A stretch of 64,000 nucleotides of DNA from Myxococcota bacterium (GCA_028823175.1 JAPKBZ010000009.1:14049-78048); one strand, 5' to 3'. Positions 44,865 to 54,509 are shown, counted from the stretch's first letter. Notes: generated by a model from the sequence alone, not told the origin. Made by a program: numbers and translations.

Positions 44865-44902
44865 CCCAGGGGTTGTCTCAGGGCCCAGGGGTTGTCTCAG
44901 GG
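44865..44902. repeat. 19-bp perfect tandem duplication CCCAGGGGTTGTCTCAGGG x2
   Basis: Read directly: 44865-44883 and 44884-44902. It ends 13 nt before the holA stop codon. Confidence 0.9.
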
Positions 44903-44915
44903 ATTGAAGGCCATC

Positions 44916-45917
44916 TCAGCCCGAAAGATCGATCACCAGGCTTTCGATGGCCATCTCCCGGGAGAGCGACCCGACGCCCTTGAGTGCGGCGTCGGTTTCG
45001 TGAATGCGCTCCAGGCATGTCCTGAGGCCGCGCTGGCTGTGCCGCCGGGCCTGCTTACTCATTTTCTCGGCCATGTATCCCCCGGCCGCCACGGCCCCAC
45101 CCCCACGTACCCGGGCGAGCTTGCGGAAATGGCTGGCCAGCATTCCCAGGATGGCTTCGGGCGCAGAACCCGATCCAAGCATCCTCGCGAGCTGGCCGAC
45201 GGCTTTCCCGGTTTGCCCGGCACAAATCGCGTCGGTGAGATCCCATACGGGACGATCGGCGACATCGCAGGTCGCAGCCGTCACGTGGTCCCGGGTGATC
45301 GGTTCGTCGATCCCCGCCAACAGCGCGACCTTGGCGAGCTCTCCTTGCAGGACGAGCAATTGCGGGCCGATGCGATCGGAGAGATGCCGGGCGACCCCCT
45401 TCTCGAGGACCAGATCCTGGCGAGCCGCCTCGGCCTCGATGAACGCCACGACCCCCGCCCCGGCTTTTGGGGCTTCGCACTCGACGCGAACCGCCGGCGA
45501 CTTGAAGGCCTTGACCCAGCGGAAGCGGCTGTTGACCCTGCTCGCGGTCACGACCAATACGGTTTCTGTCTGGCTGGATAGGGCCTTCACCGCCTCCACC
45601 AGAGCGGTGGATAATTGCTCCCGGGCGTCGGCCCCCCGGCCCGCGCGATCGAAATCGTCCACGATCACCAGCCGGTGGTCGGCCATGACCGGCAGCGTTC
45701 CGATGCTCTCCTCGAGGGCGGCCGGGGTCAGCTGCTCCGCTGCCAGACGTTCGAGGTTAAAATCATCCGCGGCGCCTCCGAGAACCGCAGTTCGGAGCGC
45801 GGCCAGACTTCGGTCCCGCAGGAGAGGCTCGCTCCCCGCCAACAGGTAGGCGGGGCGAAATTTGGCCTGAGCGACCTCTTTCGCCAGTTCTTCGACCTTC
45901 AGGGGTTCCGCCTCCAA
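44916..45917 (-). CDS. holA: DNA polymerase III delta subunit
   Basis: 333 aa. The N-terminal region RPAYLLAGSEPLLRDRSL and the overall length and helical C-domain are typical of HolA. The start codon is TTG. Confidence 0.8.
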   Translation of the reverse strand: MEAEPLKVEELAKEVAQAKFRPAYLLAGSEPLLRDRSLAALRTAVLGGAADDFNLERLAAEQLTPAALEESIGTLPVMADHRLVIVDDFDRAGRGADAREQLSTALVEAVKALSSQTETVLVVTASRVNSRFRWVKAFKSPAVRVECEAPKAGAGVVAFIEAEAARQDLVLEKGVARHLSDRIGPQLLVLQGELAKVALLAGIDEPITRDHVTAATCDVADRPVWDLTDAICAGQTGKAVGQLARMLGSGSAPEAILGMLASHFRKLARVRGGGAVAAGGYMAEKMSKQARRHSQRGLRTCLERIHETDAALKGVGSLSREMAIESLVIDLSG

Positions 45918-46028
45918 CCCGTAGGGTGTCGCCCCGGGCCCGGGAAATCGACCCGTCTATTTCATAGCAAAAGCGCCTGGAGAGGCCGGTTCGTTCGGCG
46001 CAGTTTCCCCGAAAACTCAGCCCTCGCG

Positions 46029-46940
46029 TCAGTTTTCGGCAACCCGGAGGAGCTCTTCGAGAATATAATCTCGCTCCTTGGAGACCCGGTCGTCGATCCG
46101 CTCGGCCAGCAGGCGGCGACCCTCCTCGAGATCGACCCGGAAATCCTCGACCAACGTGCCCTCTCGGCTAGCGCGATCGAAGACTTCCTGCTGATAGAGA
46201 ACGATGTCGGAAACCACGATCCGCGCGAGCCGTTCGGCCCGGGCACGCTCTTCGTCGAAGCCATCGGCCGCTGGGGGGGCGGCTGGAGGGGCGGCTGGGG
46301 GGGCGGCGAGAGGCGTGACTGGGGCGGCTGCGCCTTGCGTAGAACGAACCGAGGGAGTCTTGCTGGGCTCAGGCGCAAGGGAAACACCGAAGTCCTCCAT
46401 CACCTCCCGTAGGGTCTCCGGCACGTCCGCCCACTGAAGGTTTGCATCCGGGGCGTACTCAAAGAGCGAAGCCGAGGCACGAGGATCCTCATCCCCTGAA
46501 ACCAGAAGCACCTTGATCTCGCCGAGGCTGGCGTTGCGCTTCATAAACTCGCAGATCTGCCGGCCATTCATGCCGGGCAACCCCGCATCGAGGATGACCC
46601 AGCTGGGCAGCGTGCGTTGGATCGTCAACATCGCCTCGGCTCCGTCGCTCACGTCCACGGCCTCGACGCCCCACCTCCGCAGGCCCTCCAGGATCTCGCT
46701 GAGCGGGGCGCCCGGACCCACCGCGACCACACCGGGGGCCTTGCTCCTCTCGGCATGAGCGGGGTTCGACGCTTCGGGCTCCGATTCCCCAGAAACGGGT
46801 CGGGGGGTCGCCCCTGCCTCGGCTGCGGGGACACGGAAAATCTCCGAGCACTTCGCGCAACGGATTCGGGCGCCGCGCGGACCCACTTTGCTCTCGTCCA
46901 CGCGATAGCGGGCGGCACATTCGGGGCAGGTCGCGATCAT
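46029..46940 (-). CDS. MJ0042-type zinc-ribbon protein fused to a receiver-like (REC) domain
   Basis: MIATCPECAARYRVDESKVGPRGARIRCAKCSEIFRV is an MJ0042-type zinc finger. The REC-like core is ..WVILDAGLPGMNGRQICEFMK..KVLLVSG. An (AAPP)n linker follows, then a helical C-terminal domain. An alternative GTG lies at 46952. Confidence 0.7.
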   Translation of the reverse strand: MIATCPECAARYRVDESKVGPRGARIRCAKCSEIFRVPAAEAGATPRPVSGESEPEASNPAHAERSKAPGVVAVGPGAPLSEILEGLRRWGVEAVDVSDGAEAMLTIQRTLPSWVILDAGLPGMNGRQICEFMKRNASLGEIKVLLVSGDEDPRASASLFEYAPDANLQWADVPETLREVMEDFGVSLAPEPSKTPSVRSTQGAAAPVTPLAAPPAAPPAAPPAADGFDEERARAERLARIVVSDIVLYQQEVFDRASREGTLVEDFRVDLEEGRRLLAERIDDRVSKERDYILEELLRVAEN

Positions 46941-47142
46941 CGACTCTTTCACCTCGCTTTAGCGGCAGGAGGGCAACCCAAGAGGGTCCAACCCCGGGGC
47001 TTCCGCACGCACGCGGGGCCCCTGCCTGGACCGAAAACACGATTCGTGGCCGAATCTACAACTGCCGCCCACCCGGGAAATATCGGCTTAGCCGCGGCTT
47101 TCTTGAGCCCCAGAACACCTCGGGAGCCCCGCCCCGGCTCCG

Positions 47143-47778
47143 TCAGGGCTGCGAGTACGTCAGCTCCGCCGGGCGCCTCCCCCCTTGGGGGGAAGGACTG
47201 TGCTGGCGCCGAGCACGGGGTCGAGCCACGAACTCGTGATTCTCGAAGGCGCCCACCGCGCGTTCGAGCGCTTCGGAAGCGGCATCGATGCCCGCCTCGG
47301 GCACGGATAGGCGAATTTCGAATTCATCCCCCCCACCCCCGACGACCTCGAGCCCCTGAATCGCTTCGGCCACACCCCCAGCCACGGCCACCGCATGCCG
47401 AACGAAATCGTCCGAGGCGATCCCCAGCGGTGAGAGGCCGATCCGGTGCACGCCCAGGGCGATGCACCGTTTCATGGCCTCTCGCATCGAGTCTTGCGCC
47501 GGGGCCACGCCAAATTCGGCTCGAGACCCCAGGCCGACGAGCAGGATTCGCGGGGCACAAAAGGCTCCGGGAGCGCCCACCAGCAGGGCCGTTCCGCGTC
47601 GCGCGTCAAGCTGACCGCTCGCGAGCATCTCGGAGATCAGCCCGCAGAGCCGCCAGTCGATCCGCCCAGCACCCCCTCGGAGAGGGCGATCCTCGAGAAA
47701 GAAGCCCGCCACCACCAACTCGACCTCGAGGGCGTCCAGGGGGAGGCTGTCCATCACCAGTTCGAATCGCGGGTTCAT
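47143..47778 (-). CDS. Hypothetical protein, possibly related to the N-terminal (non-catalytic) domain of M17 leucyl aminopeptidases
   Basis: 211 aa. ATGA overlap with the nusB stop codon. The pattern ELVVAGFFLEDRPLRGGAGRIDWRLCGLISEML..ALLVG..RILLVGLG resembles the M17 N-domain, but no catalytic domain is present. The assignment is tentative. Confidence 0.4.
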   Translation of the reverse strand: MNPRFELVMDSLPLDALEVELVVAGFFLEDRPLRGGAGRIDWRLCGLISEMLASGQLDARRGTALLVGAPGAFCAPRILLVGLGSRAEFGVAPAQDSMREAMKRCIALGVHRIGLSPLGIASDDFVRHAVAVAGGVAEAIQGLEVVGGGGDEFEIRLSVPEAGIDAASEALERAVGAFENHEFVARPRARRQHSPSPQGGRRPAELTYSQP

Positions 47779-48257
47779 GCTTCGCAGTCTCGCACGCCTC
47801 GGGCAAGCGCGTCGAGGATTCCGTTCACAAAAGCGGGCGAGGGATCGTTGCTGAAGCGACGAGCGAGATCCACGGCCTCGTTGAGAATGACGCCCACCGG
47901 GGTCGCGGTGTGAAGGAGTTCGTACGTTCCCAGGCGCAGGATATTGCGATCGACGGCGGCCATGCGCTCAATGCGCCAATTCGCCGAGTATTGGCTGATT
48001 GAGCGATCGAGTTCTGCACGGTGCCCCTCCACCTCGGTGACGAGCTCCCGGGCGAAATCCCGCGCCGCTGAGGGCATCTCGAAGCTCTCCGCGACGGCAT
48101 CGAACATGCCTGCGGGATCGCTCTCCCGGGGCTCGGGGGAGGCATCCACCTCGCGCGAGGCCGGCGAGCGCCAGCGCCCCAGGTCAACGGCGTAGAGCAC
48201 TTGGAGAGCCACTTCCCGGGCTCGACGCCGGGAGGAACTGGACTGCGGATCCTCCAT
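47775..48257 (-). CDS. nusB: Transcription antitermination factor NusB
   Basis: 160 aa with RRRAREVALQVLYAVDL.. and ..NEAVDLARRFS...FVNGILD. Confidence 0.92.
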   Translation of the reverse strand: MEDPQSSSSRRRAREVALQVLYAVDLGRWRSPASREVDASPEPRESDPAGMFDAVAESFEMPSAARDFARELVTEVEGHRAELDRSISQYSANWRIERMAAVDRNILRLGTYELLHTATPVGVILNEAVDLARRFSNDPSPAFVNGILDALARGVRDCEA

Positions 48258-48742
48258 TAGGCCCCGTTCTCAGGCGCGGCGGACAGGCGACCGCACAGCC
48301 GCGCCATCTCGATCGCCGCCAGGGCCACTTCCTCGCCCTTGTGCCCGTGCTCGCCCCCGCAGCGATCCAGGGCCTGATCGACATCGTCGGTGGTCAGCAC
48401 CCCGAAGGCGACCGGAACCCCGGTATCACGCATGACCTCGCGGACGCCGTCGGTGACCCCGACGCAGACATAGTCGAAGTGGGGCGTCCCGCCTCGAATC
48501 ACCGATCCCAGTGTGATGATGGCCTCGTAACGGCCGCTCTCAGCCAGCCCACGAGCGGCCAAGGGAATCTCGAAGGCACCGGGCACCCATGCCACATCGA
48601 TGGCCTCGGAAGAGGCACCCCGCTCGAGCAGGCAACGCTCGCACCCCTCCAGCAGGGCGGTACTCACGAGATGGTTAAAACGCGAGACCACCACCGCAAA
48701 GGACAAACCACGGGCATCGAGATCCGAGGGGTAAACGTTCAC
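48257..48742 (-). CDS. ribH: 6,7-dimethyl-8-ribityllumazine synthase
   Basis: 161 aa with FAVVVSRFNHLVSTALLEG..VPGAFEIP..GSVIRGGTPHFDYV. Confidence 0.95.
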   Translation of the reverse strand: MNVYPSDLDARGLSFAVVVSRFNHLVSTALLEGCERCLLERGASSEAIDVAWVPGAFEIPLAARGLAESGRYEAIITLGSVIRGGTPHFDYVCVGVTDGVREVMRDTGVPVAFGVLTTDDVDQALDRCGGEHGHKGEEVALAAIEMARLCGRLSAAPENGA

Positions 48743-49875
48743 TGGCTGTTCTCTCCGTTTTCCGGCCTTCGGCGGGCCCGGATGTGAAGGTCTGCGCCCA
48801 GCCGCCCGACCTGAGCCCAGTCGAGCATGGGCGTCTGGCCCAAGTCCCGAATCCGAAGCTCTCCCAGGGCGGGAACTCCATCTGCCCCCATCAAACGTGG
48901 AGCTAGAATCCAGTGTATCTCGTCAACGAGATCCGCGCGCACCAGCGCCGCCGCCAGTCCGCCTCCGCCCTCGACAAGAACCGAGGTCAGGCCCACATCG
49001 CCCAGGGCCTCGAGCCCCGCGCGCAGATCCAAGCCCCCGGCGGGTCCTGACAGATCGAGAAGTTCGGCCCCGACGGCCTCACGCGCCCGGCGACCCCGGG
49101 CGCTCGCGCGGGTCAGGACCAGGGTCCGAGCCGCTTCGTGAACCTCGTAGAGCCTCGCCTTCGTGGGCACTCGCAGCCGGGAGTCGACGAGGACGCGCAC
49201 CGGACGCCCCACCACCCGCCCGCCGCGCCGGGCGGTCAGGGCGGGGTCATCGGCCAGGGCCGTCCCCGAACCGACCATGACCGCGTCGCTCCGCGCCCGC
49301 ATGCGGTGCACCAGTCCCCGGGCTTCGGGGCCCGTGATCCAGCGCGACTCCCCCGCCCGGGTGGCGATCCTCGCGTCGAGGGTGGTGGCGAGCTTGAGGC
49401 TCACGAAGGGGCGACCGCGCTGGCAGACCGACAGAAAACCGCGATGGTGCTCGGCACAGGCGGCCTCGAGCACACCCATCTGGACCTCGAGGCCGGCCCG
49501 CTTCAGCGCCCGCACCCCACGACCTGACACCCGGGGATGGGGGTCGCCACAACCGATATAGACCCGGCGAATGCCGGCATTGATGATCGCGCGGGTACAG
49601 GGTCCGGTTCGCCCCTGAAAGGAGCAGGGTTCGAGGGTCACCCCCATGGATGCCCCACGCACCCGCCGGGCGCCGTGCCGCCGAATGGCCGCCGCAAGGG
49701 CAACCACTTCCGCGTGGGGACCACCCGGAGGACGGGTACGCCCCTGCCCCAGGATCTCCGCCCCCTTCCAAACGATGGCCCCAACGCTCGGGTTGGGGAA
49801 AGTTTTCCCCGAGCCCCGCCGGGCACTCTTCAGGGCTTCGCGCATGCGCGCTTCCGCAACGAGCCGATCTCTCAT
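48739..49875 (-). CDS. ribD: Bifunctional riboflavin biosynthesis deaminase/reductase RibD
   Basis: The ATG at 49875 lies 1 nt after the nrdR stop codon. Motifs are PNPSVGAIV, HAEVVAL and TLEPCSFQGRTGPC (deaminase zinc site), with a C-terminal reductase domain. The track start at 49956 overlaps nrdR. Confidence 0.93.
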   Translation of the reverse strand: MRDRLVAEARMREALKSARRGSGKTFPNPSVGAIVWKGAEILGQGRTRPPGGPHAEVVALAAAIRRHGARRVRGASMGVTLEPCSFQGRTGPCTRAIINAGIRRVYIGCGDPHPRVSGRGVRALKRAGLEVQMGVLEAACAEHHRGFLSVCQRGRPFVSLKLATTLDARIATRAGESRWITGPEARGLVHRMRARSDAVMVGSGTALADDPALTARRGGRVVGRPVRVLVDSRLRVPTKARLYEVHEAARTLVLTRASARGRRAREAVGAELLDLSGPAGGLDLRAGLEALGDVGLTSVLVEGGGGLAAALVRADLVDEIHWILAPRLMGADGVPALGELRIRDLGQTPMLDWAQVGRLGADLHIRARRRPENGENSQ

Positions 49876-49876
49876 G

Positions 49877-50335
49877 CTACTTCGCCTCACCCTCGAGAGC
49901 GGCCATGAAGGCCGCGTAGTCCGCCGTGCTCTCGAATTCCTCGTAGACCGATGCAAAGCGGATCGCCGCTAGGGCGTCCAGAACCTTCAACTCCCCCATC
50001 ACCCGATCCCCGATCTTGCGACTGATCACTTCGCGATCTCCCAGTTCGTGAAGCCAGGCCTCAATGCGATCCCCCAGGCGGGCGATATCGTCGGCAGAAA
50101 CTGGGCGCTTCACACAGGCACTCATAATTCCAGCCAGCAACTTCTCGCGGCTAAACTCTTCTCGGCGCTGATCGCGCTTGACGACCTGGGGCAGGGAAAC
50201 CTCGAGCCGCTCCCGAGTCGTAAATCGACGTCCACACTCCTCACACTCTCGACGGCGCCGAATCTCGGTTCCCTCGCGACCCACGCGGGTATCGATCACC
50301 CGGGTCGTTTCGTCAGCGCAGGAAGGGCATCGCAC
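49877..50335 (-). CDS. nrdR: Transcriptional repressor NrdR
   Basis: 152 aa with MRCPSCADETTRVIDTR...RRRRECEECGRRFTTRE (zinc ribbon) and an ATP-cone. Confidence 0.96.
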   Translation of the reverse strand: MRCPSCADETTRVIDTRVGREGTEIRRRRECEECGRRFTTRERLEVSLPQVVKRDQRREEFSREKLLAGIMSACVKRPVSADDIARLGDRIEAWLHELGDREVISRKIGDRVMGELKVLDALAAIRFASVYEEFESTADYAAFMAALEGEAK

Positions 50336-50338
50336 GAG

Positions 50339-51610
50339 TCAGCCCTGATCGCTCCAGCGATGGGAGTAGAGCGGAAAGCGCCGGCAAAGCCCTTCGACCT
50401 CGCCGCGAACACGATCGAGCTCTTCTACATCGCCGGGGTTCTGAAGGACCCGGTGCAGGAATTCGGCAATCTGGACCATCTCCGGCTCGCGCATGCCCCG
50501 GGTAGTCACCGCCGGAGTTCCGATTCGGACCCCCGAGGTCACCATGGGCTTGCGGGGATCGAAGGGAATCATGTTCTTGTTGGCCGTGATGCCCGCCCGA
50601 TCCAGGGCGAGTTGGGCGGCCTTGCCCGTTGTGTCTCGCTCCAGCAGAGACAGCAGAAAAAGGTGGTTGTCCGTTCCGCCGGAAACGACCTTGTGACCGT
50701 GGCCAGAGACTGCTTCCGCCAATGTCCGAGCGTTGGCGACGATCTGCCGCGCATAGTCCTTGAATTCGGGCGAGAGTGCTTCTTTGAAGGCGACCGCCTT
50801 TCCCGCGATCACGTGCATGAGCGGTCCGCCCTGGAGGCCAGGGAAGATCGCGCTGTTGATCTTCTTGCCGATCTCACCGTCCGACAGGATCAGCCCCCCC
50901 CGAGGCCCGCGCAGGGTCTTGTGGGTGGTCGTCGTGAAGACCTGGGCCAGGCCGGCGGGACTGGGGTGGACACCGGCTGCGACCAGGCCAGCGATGTGGG
51001 CGATATCGGCAAAAAGGATCGCACCCACTTCATCGGCCACCGAACGAAAGCCCTCGAAATCGATAATGCGAGAGTAGACCGTGGCCCCACACTGGATCAT
51101 CTTGGGTCGGTGTTCGAGCGCAAGCCTGCGCACTTCGTCCATATCGATGCGTTCGGTCTCTCGGTTCACCCCGTAGGGAACGATGGTGTAGGTCTTTCCC
51201 GAGAAGTTCACCGGGCTACCGTGGGTCAGGTGACCGCCGTGGTCCAGGTTCATGGCCAGAATCGTGTCTCCGGGCTCGAGCAGGGCGTGGTAGACCGCAG
51301 CGTTCGCCGAGGACCCTGAATGGGGCTGAACATTCGCGTTCTCGACCCCGAAGAGTTCCTTTGCCCGTTCGATGGCGAGACTCTCCACCTCATCGACGAA
51401 TTCGCAGCCGCCGTAGTAGCGCCGGCCCGGATACCCCTCGGCATATTTATTGGTCAGCACGCTGCCCACTGCTTCGAGAACGGCTTCCGACACAAAATTC
51501 TCCGAGGCGATCAACTCGATGGACAGCCCCTGCCGACGCCCCTCCTGGCGGACGAGGTTCGCGATATCCACATCGACGATGTCGAGTTCCGGCGTAGCTG
51601 ACTGTGCCAT
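50339..51610 (-). CDS. glyA: Serine hydroxymethyltransferase
   Basis: 423 aa with [25 protein letters not shown] and [14 protein letters not shown] (PLP lysine). Confidence 0.97.
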   Translation of the reverse strand: MAQSATPELDIVDVDIANLVRQEGRRQGLSIELIASENFVSEAVLEAVGSVLTNKYAEGYPGRRYYGGCEFVDEVESLAIERAKELFGVENANVQPHSGSSANAAVYHALLEPGDTILAMNLDHGGHLTHGSPVNFSGKTYTIVPYGVNRETERIDMDEVRRLALEHRPKMIQCGATVYSRIIDFEGFRSVADEVGAILFADIAHIAGLVAAGVHPSPAGLAQVFTTTTHKTLRGPRGGLILSDGEIGKKINSAIFPGLQGGPLMHVIAGKAVAFKEALSPEFKDYARQIVANARTLAEAVSGHGHKVVSGGTDNHLFLLSLLERDTTGKAAQLALDRAGITANKNMIPFDPRKPMVTSGVRIGTPAVTTRGMREPEMVQIAEFLHRVLQNPGDVEELDRVRGEVEGLCRRFPLYSHRWSDQG

Positions 51611-51738
51611 TCCCTGTGCTTCCCTTTCTGGAGCTTTGCTGGCGAAACAGGACTCGTTCTGGGCCTTCGGGTGGCCTGTGAACCGAGTGTCTGCGGATTC
51701 AAGACGCCAATATAGCGACGATCACGGCGAGCGTCCGG

Positions 51739-51756
51739 GGCGGCGCGAAGGCCGCC
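51739..51756 (-). terminator. GC hairpin 10 nt downstream of the fabF stop codon
   Basis: GGCGGC (51739-51744) pairs with GCCGCC (51751-51756) across a 6-nt loop. There is no U-tract. Confidence 0.3.
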
Positions 51757-51766
51757 GTCGACCGTT

Positions 51767-53026
51767 TCAGAGTCGGCCCACCCCGAAGATCAGGGTGGCG
51801 TTCGTCCCCCCGAAACCGAACGAGTTGGAGAGCACCGCCTCGACTCGGGCCTCGCGCGCCCGGTTGGCCACGTGATCGAGGGCGCACGCCGGATCCGGTT
51901 CATCCAAATTGATGGTGGGCGGCAGCTGGCCCCTTTCCATCGCCCCGATCGCAAGGATCGCCTCGACGCTGCCCGCGGCCCCAAGGAGGTGCCCCATCAT
52001 GGACTTGGTCGAGGAAACCGGCAGGTCGTCGCAATGAGAACCGAAGGTTCTGCGCAGAGCCGTCACCTCGGCGGGATCCCCAGCCGGAGTGCTGGTCGCG
52101 TGGGCGTTGACATAGCCCACCTGCTCCGGGGCCATGTCCGCATCGGAGAGGGCGGCTTCCATGCAGCGCGAGGCGCCTTCCCCCTGCGGATCGGGAGCCA
52201 CGGGATGCCCCGCATCGGCCGTGGCTCCATAGCCCATCAACTCGGCCCGAATCCGGGCACCCCGGGCCCGGGCGTGCTCCAGGGACTCGATCACGAGGAC
52301 CCCGGCCCCCTCCCCCACCACGAAGCCATCCCGGCCCCGGTCGAATGGGCGACTCGCTTGCTCGGGTGCCTCGTTGCGGGTACTGAGCGCCCTCATCGAG
52401 GCAAACCCCGCCACCGTTACCCCCAGGATCGGGGCTTCCGCTCCGCCGACGATCATGGCGTCGGCCTGCCCTCGGGCGATCATCGCCGCCCCCTCGCCGA
52501 TGGCATGTGAACCCGATGCGCACGCCGTCACGTGGCAGATATTCGGACCGCGCGCGCCGTGATAGAGCGAGATCATCCCCGCCGACATATTCGCGATGCC
52601 CATTGGGATGGTGAAGGGAGACACCCTTCGCGGCCCCTTCTCCCGCAGGATTGCGTCGTTCTCCAGGATCGTCCCGAGGCCTCCGATGCCTGAGCCGATC
52701 GCGACGCCCACGCGGTCCCTGTTCTCGGCTTCGATCACCAAACCAGAATCGGCGAGGGCCTCGGCGGCGGCTTCAAGCGCGAAGAGCACGCAACGATTTG
52801 TGCGGCGCAGTTCCTTGGCGGGAAGCACGGCGGGCACAGGCGCCTCCGCAACTTCCCCTGCGATGGCACTCGCGAACTCCGAAGCCTCAAAGAGGCTGAT
52901 CGGACCCACTCCAGAGTGCCCGGCCAGAGCCGATTCCAGGGTCGCCGAATAGTTTGCACCGATCGGCGTGACGCAACCTACCCCGGTGACGACCACTCGC
53001 CTCCCGCGAGATGATCCCTCTGCCAT
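51767..53026 (-). CDS. fabF: 3-oxoacyl-ACP synthase II
   Basis: 419 aa with RVVVTGVG, the active-site CASG (TACASGSHAIG), NAHATSTPAGD and SNSFGFGGTNA. Confidence 0.96.
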   Translation of the reverse strand: MAEGSSRGRRVVVTGVGCVTPIGANYSATLESALAGHSGVGPISLFEASEFASAIAGEVAEAPVPAVLPAKELRRTNRCVLFALEAAAEALADSGLVIEAENRDRVGVAIGSGIGGLGTILENDAILREKGPRRVSPFTIPMGIANMSAGMISLYHGARGPNICHVTACASGSHAIGEGAAMIARGQADAMIVGGAEAPILGVTVAGFASMRALSTRNEAPEQASRPFDRGRDGFVVGEGAGVLVIESLEHARARGARIRAELMGYGATADAGHPVAPDPQGEGASRCMEAALSDADMAPEQVGYVNAHATSTPAGDPAEVTALRRTFGSHCDDLPVSSTKSMMGHLLGAAGSVEAILAIGAMERGQLPPTINLDEPDPACALDHVANRAREARVEAVLSNSFGFGGTNATLIFGVGRL

Positions 53027-53031
53027 TGGAG

Positions 53032-53268
53032 TCAGCTCTCCAAGCGCTCTTTCAGATAGCTGACCGCATCGCCGATGGTCTGCATCTTCTCCGCGTCGTC
53101 GTCCGGAATTTCAATATCGAAAGACTCTTCCATCGACATGACGAGTTCGACGATATCCAGGGAATCCGCTCCCAAGTCGTCTACGAAGGAAGCCTTAGTG
53201 ACAACCTCATCCCGAGAGACGCCGAGCTGCTCGACAATCAAATCGGTCACACGAACTTCCAGTGACAT
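53032..53268 (-). CDS. acpP: Acyl carrier protein
   Basis: [17 protein letters not shown] (phosphopantetheine serine). I prefer the second ATG at 53268, 9 nt after GGAGG, because the first ATG at 53277 abuts the GGAGG directly. Confidence 0.95.
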   Translation of the reverse strand: MSLEVRVTDLIVEQLGVSRDEVVTKASFVDDLGADSLDIVELVMSMEESFDIEIPDDDAEKMQTIGDAVSYLKERLES

Positions 53269-53374
53269 GGACAACATCCTCCGATCGCAATACCTGTGTT
53301 GCTAGGTCTGCAGTTTTTCCTCGCCTCAACCGGCAAATTGAATCATAGCATTGTCCCGAAGAGGACAAGCGACA

Positions 53375-54316
53375 TCACTCCTCAGCGATAAATTTTCGTA
53401 CATTTTCGAGTTCTTCCGCCGTCGAGAGGCTCTCTCGGTTGCTCCGGCGTTCGATTCGGGCGAGCAGGCCAGTCAGTACCCTTCCGGCCCCGACCTCGAG
53501 GTAATGGGATACGCCTGCGCCCTTCAAACACTCGATCATCTCCGTAAAACGCACGGGGGACGTCACCTGGGCCTCCAACAGATCGGGAATACGAGCCGAA
53601 TCGGCGTTTGGCAACGCCTCCACATTGGTCACCACCGGGGGGGACGGGGGCTGAAAACTGACGGTATCGATGTCCCGACGCAATTTCGCCGCGGCCGGCG
53701 CCATCAGGGCGCAGTGAAAAGGAGCTGACACAGGCAAGGGGACGGTTTTTTTGGCCCCCGCCTCAAGCGCGCGCGCGCAAGCCATCGCCACGGCGCCCGA
53801 CTCCCCCGCGATCACCGTCTGCTGGGGGGAATTGTAGTTGGCCGGCGAAACCACCTGGCCGGTCTGACCTGAAACTTCGGTGCACACTTTCGCGATTTCT
53901 TCGGCCCCGGCACCGAGAATGGCCGCCATGGCACCGGTTCCCTCGGCGACCGCTTCCTGCATATACCGACCGCGGGCATTGACTAGGCGAACCGCGTCTT
54001 CAAAGACAATCGCTCCCGAGGCCACCAATGCGGTGTACTCCCCAAGACTATGGCCGGCGACGAAGGCGGGCTCCACCGGGTCCGCTTCTCGGAGGGCACT
54101 CAAAAGCGCGATGCTCGTGGTCAGCAGGGCGGGCTGCTGAATCTCGGTCCGACGCAATTCCTCTTCGGGACCCTCAAAGCAATAGCGTGAGATCTCGAAG
54201 CCGAGAGCTCGGTCCGCAGAATCGAAGACCTCGCGAGCCGCTGGCGAGCTCTCAAAAACATCCCGCCCCATGCCCACTTTCTGGGACCCCTGGCCGGGAA
54301 AGAGCAGCGCGAGCAC
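53375..54316 (-). CDS. fabD: Malonyl-CoA:ACP transacylase
   Basis: LALLFPGQGSQKVGMG and GHSLGEYTAL (active-site serine). The likely start is GTG at 54316, 7 nt after the rpmF stop codon. The track start at 54370 overlaps rpmF. Confidence 0.92.
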   Translation of the reverse strand: MLALLFPGQGSQKVGMGRDVFESSPAAREVFDSADRALGFEISRYCFEGPEEELRRTEIQQPALLTTSIALLSALREADPVEPAFVAGHSLGEYTALVASGAIVFEDAVRLVNARGRYMQEAVAEGTGAMAAILGAGAEEIAKVCTEVSGQTGQVVSPANYNSPQQTVIAGESGAVAMACARALEAGAKKTVPLPVSAPFHCALMAPAAAKLRRDIDTVSFQPPSPPVVTNVEALPNADSARIPDLLEAQVTSPVRFTEMIECLKGAGVSHYLEVGAGRVLTGLLARIERRSNRESLSTAEELENVRKFIAEE

Positions 54317-54323
54317 GAGCGGG

Positions 54324-54506
54324 CTAGTCCTGGTCCGTCTCGATGATCGTGCGCCCCTTATAACTGCCACAACTTCCGCAGACCCTGTGCGGCATCTTCG
54401 GAGCTCCGCATTGCGGGCACGTACTCCGGGGCGGTGCCGACAGGCTGTCGTGGGTACGACGCTTATCTCTTCGTGACTTGGATGTCTTTCGCTTGGGAAC
54501 TGCCAT
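54324..54506 (-). CDS. rpmF: 50S ribosomal protein L32
   Basis: 60 aa: [32 protein letters not shown]. Confidence 0.96.
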   Translation of the reverse strand: MAVPKRKTSKSRRDKRRTHDSLSAPPRSTCPQCGAPKMPHRVCGSCGSYKGRTIIETDQD

Positions 54507-54509
54507 TTT

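Noticed and set aside
44757-44902. A CRISPR array, or a replication origin (DnaA boxes), in the repeat-rich rpsT/holA spacer. The same question applies to the arrays at 60877-60999 and 35318-35375.
   Set aside because: The repeats are head-to-tail with no unique spacers, the units are only 8-19 bp, and there are no cas genes, so this is not a CRISPR array. GCGCTGTGGT does not match the TTATCCACA DnaA box, and no dnaA, dnaN or AT-rich unwinding element is nearby.
49875-49880. An FMN riboswitch upstream of ribD, and T-box or other leaders upstream of gltX and glyA.
   Set aside because: ribD starts 1 nt after nrdR, so there is no space for a riboswitch. The gltX (55092-55226) and glyA (51611-51766) upstream regions are short and show no recognisable conserved riboswitch cores by eye.
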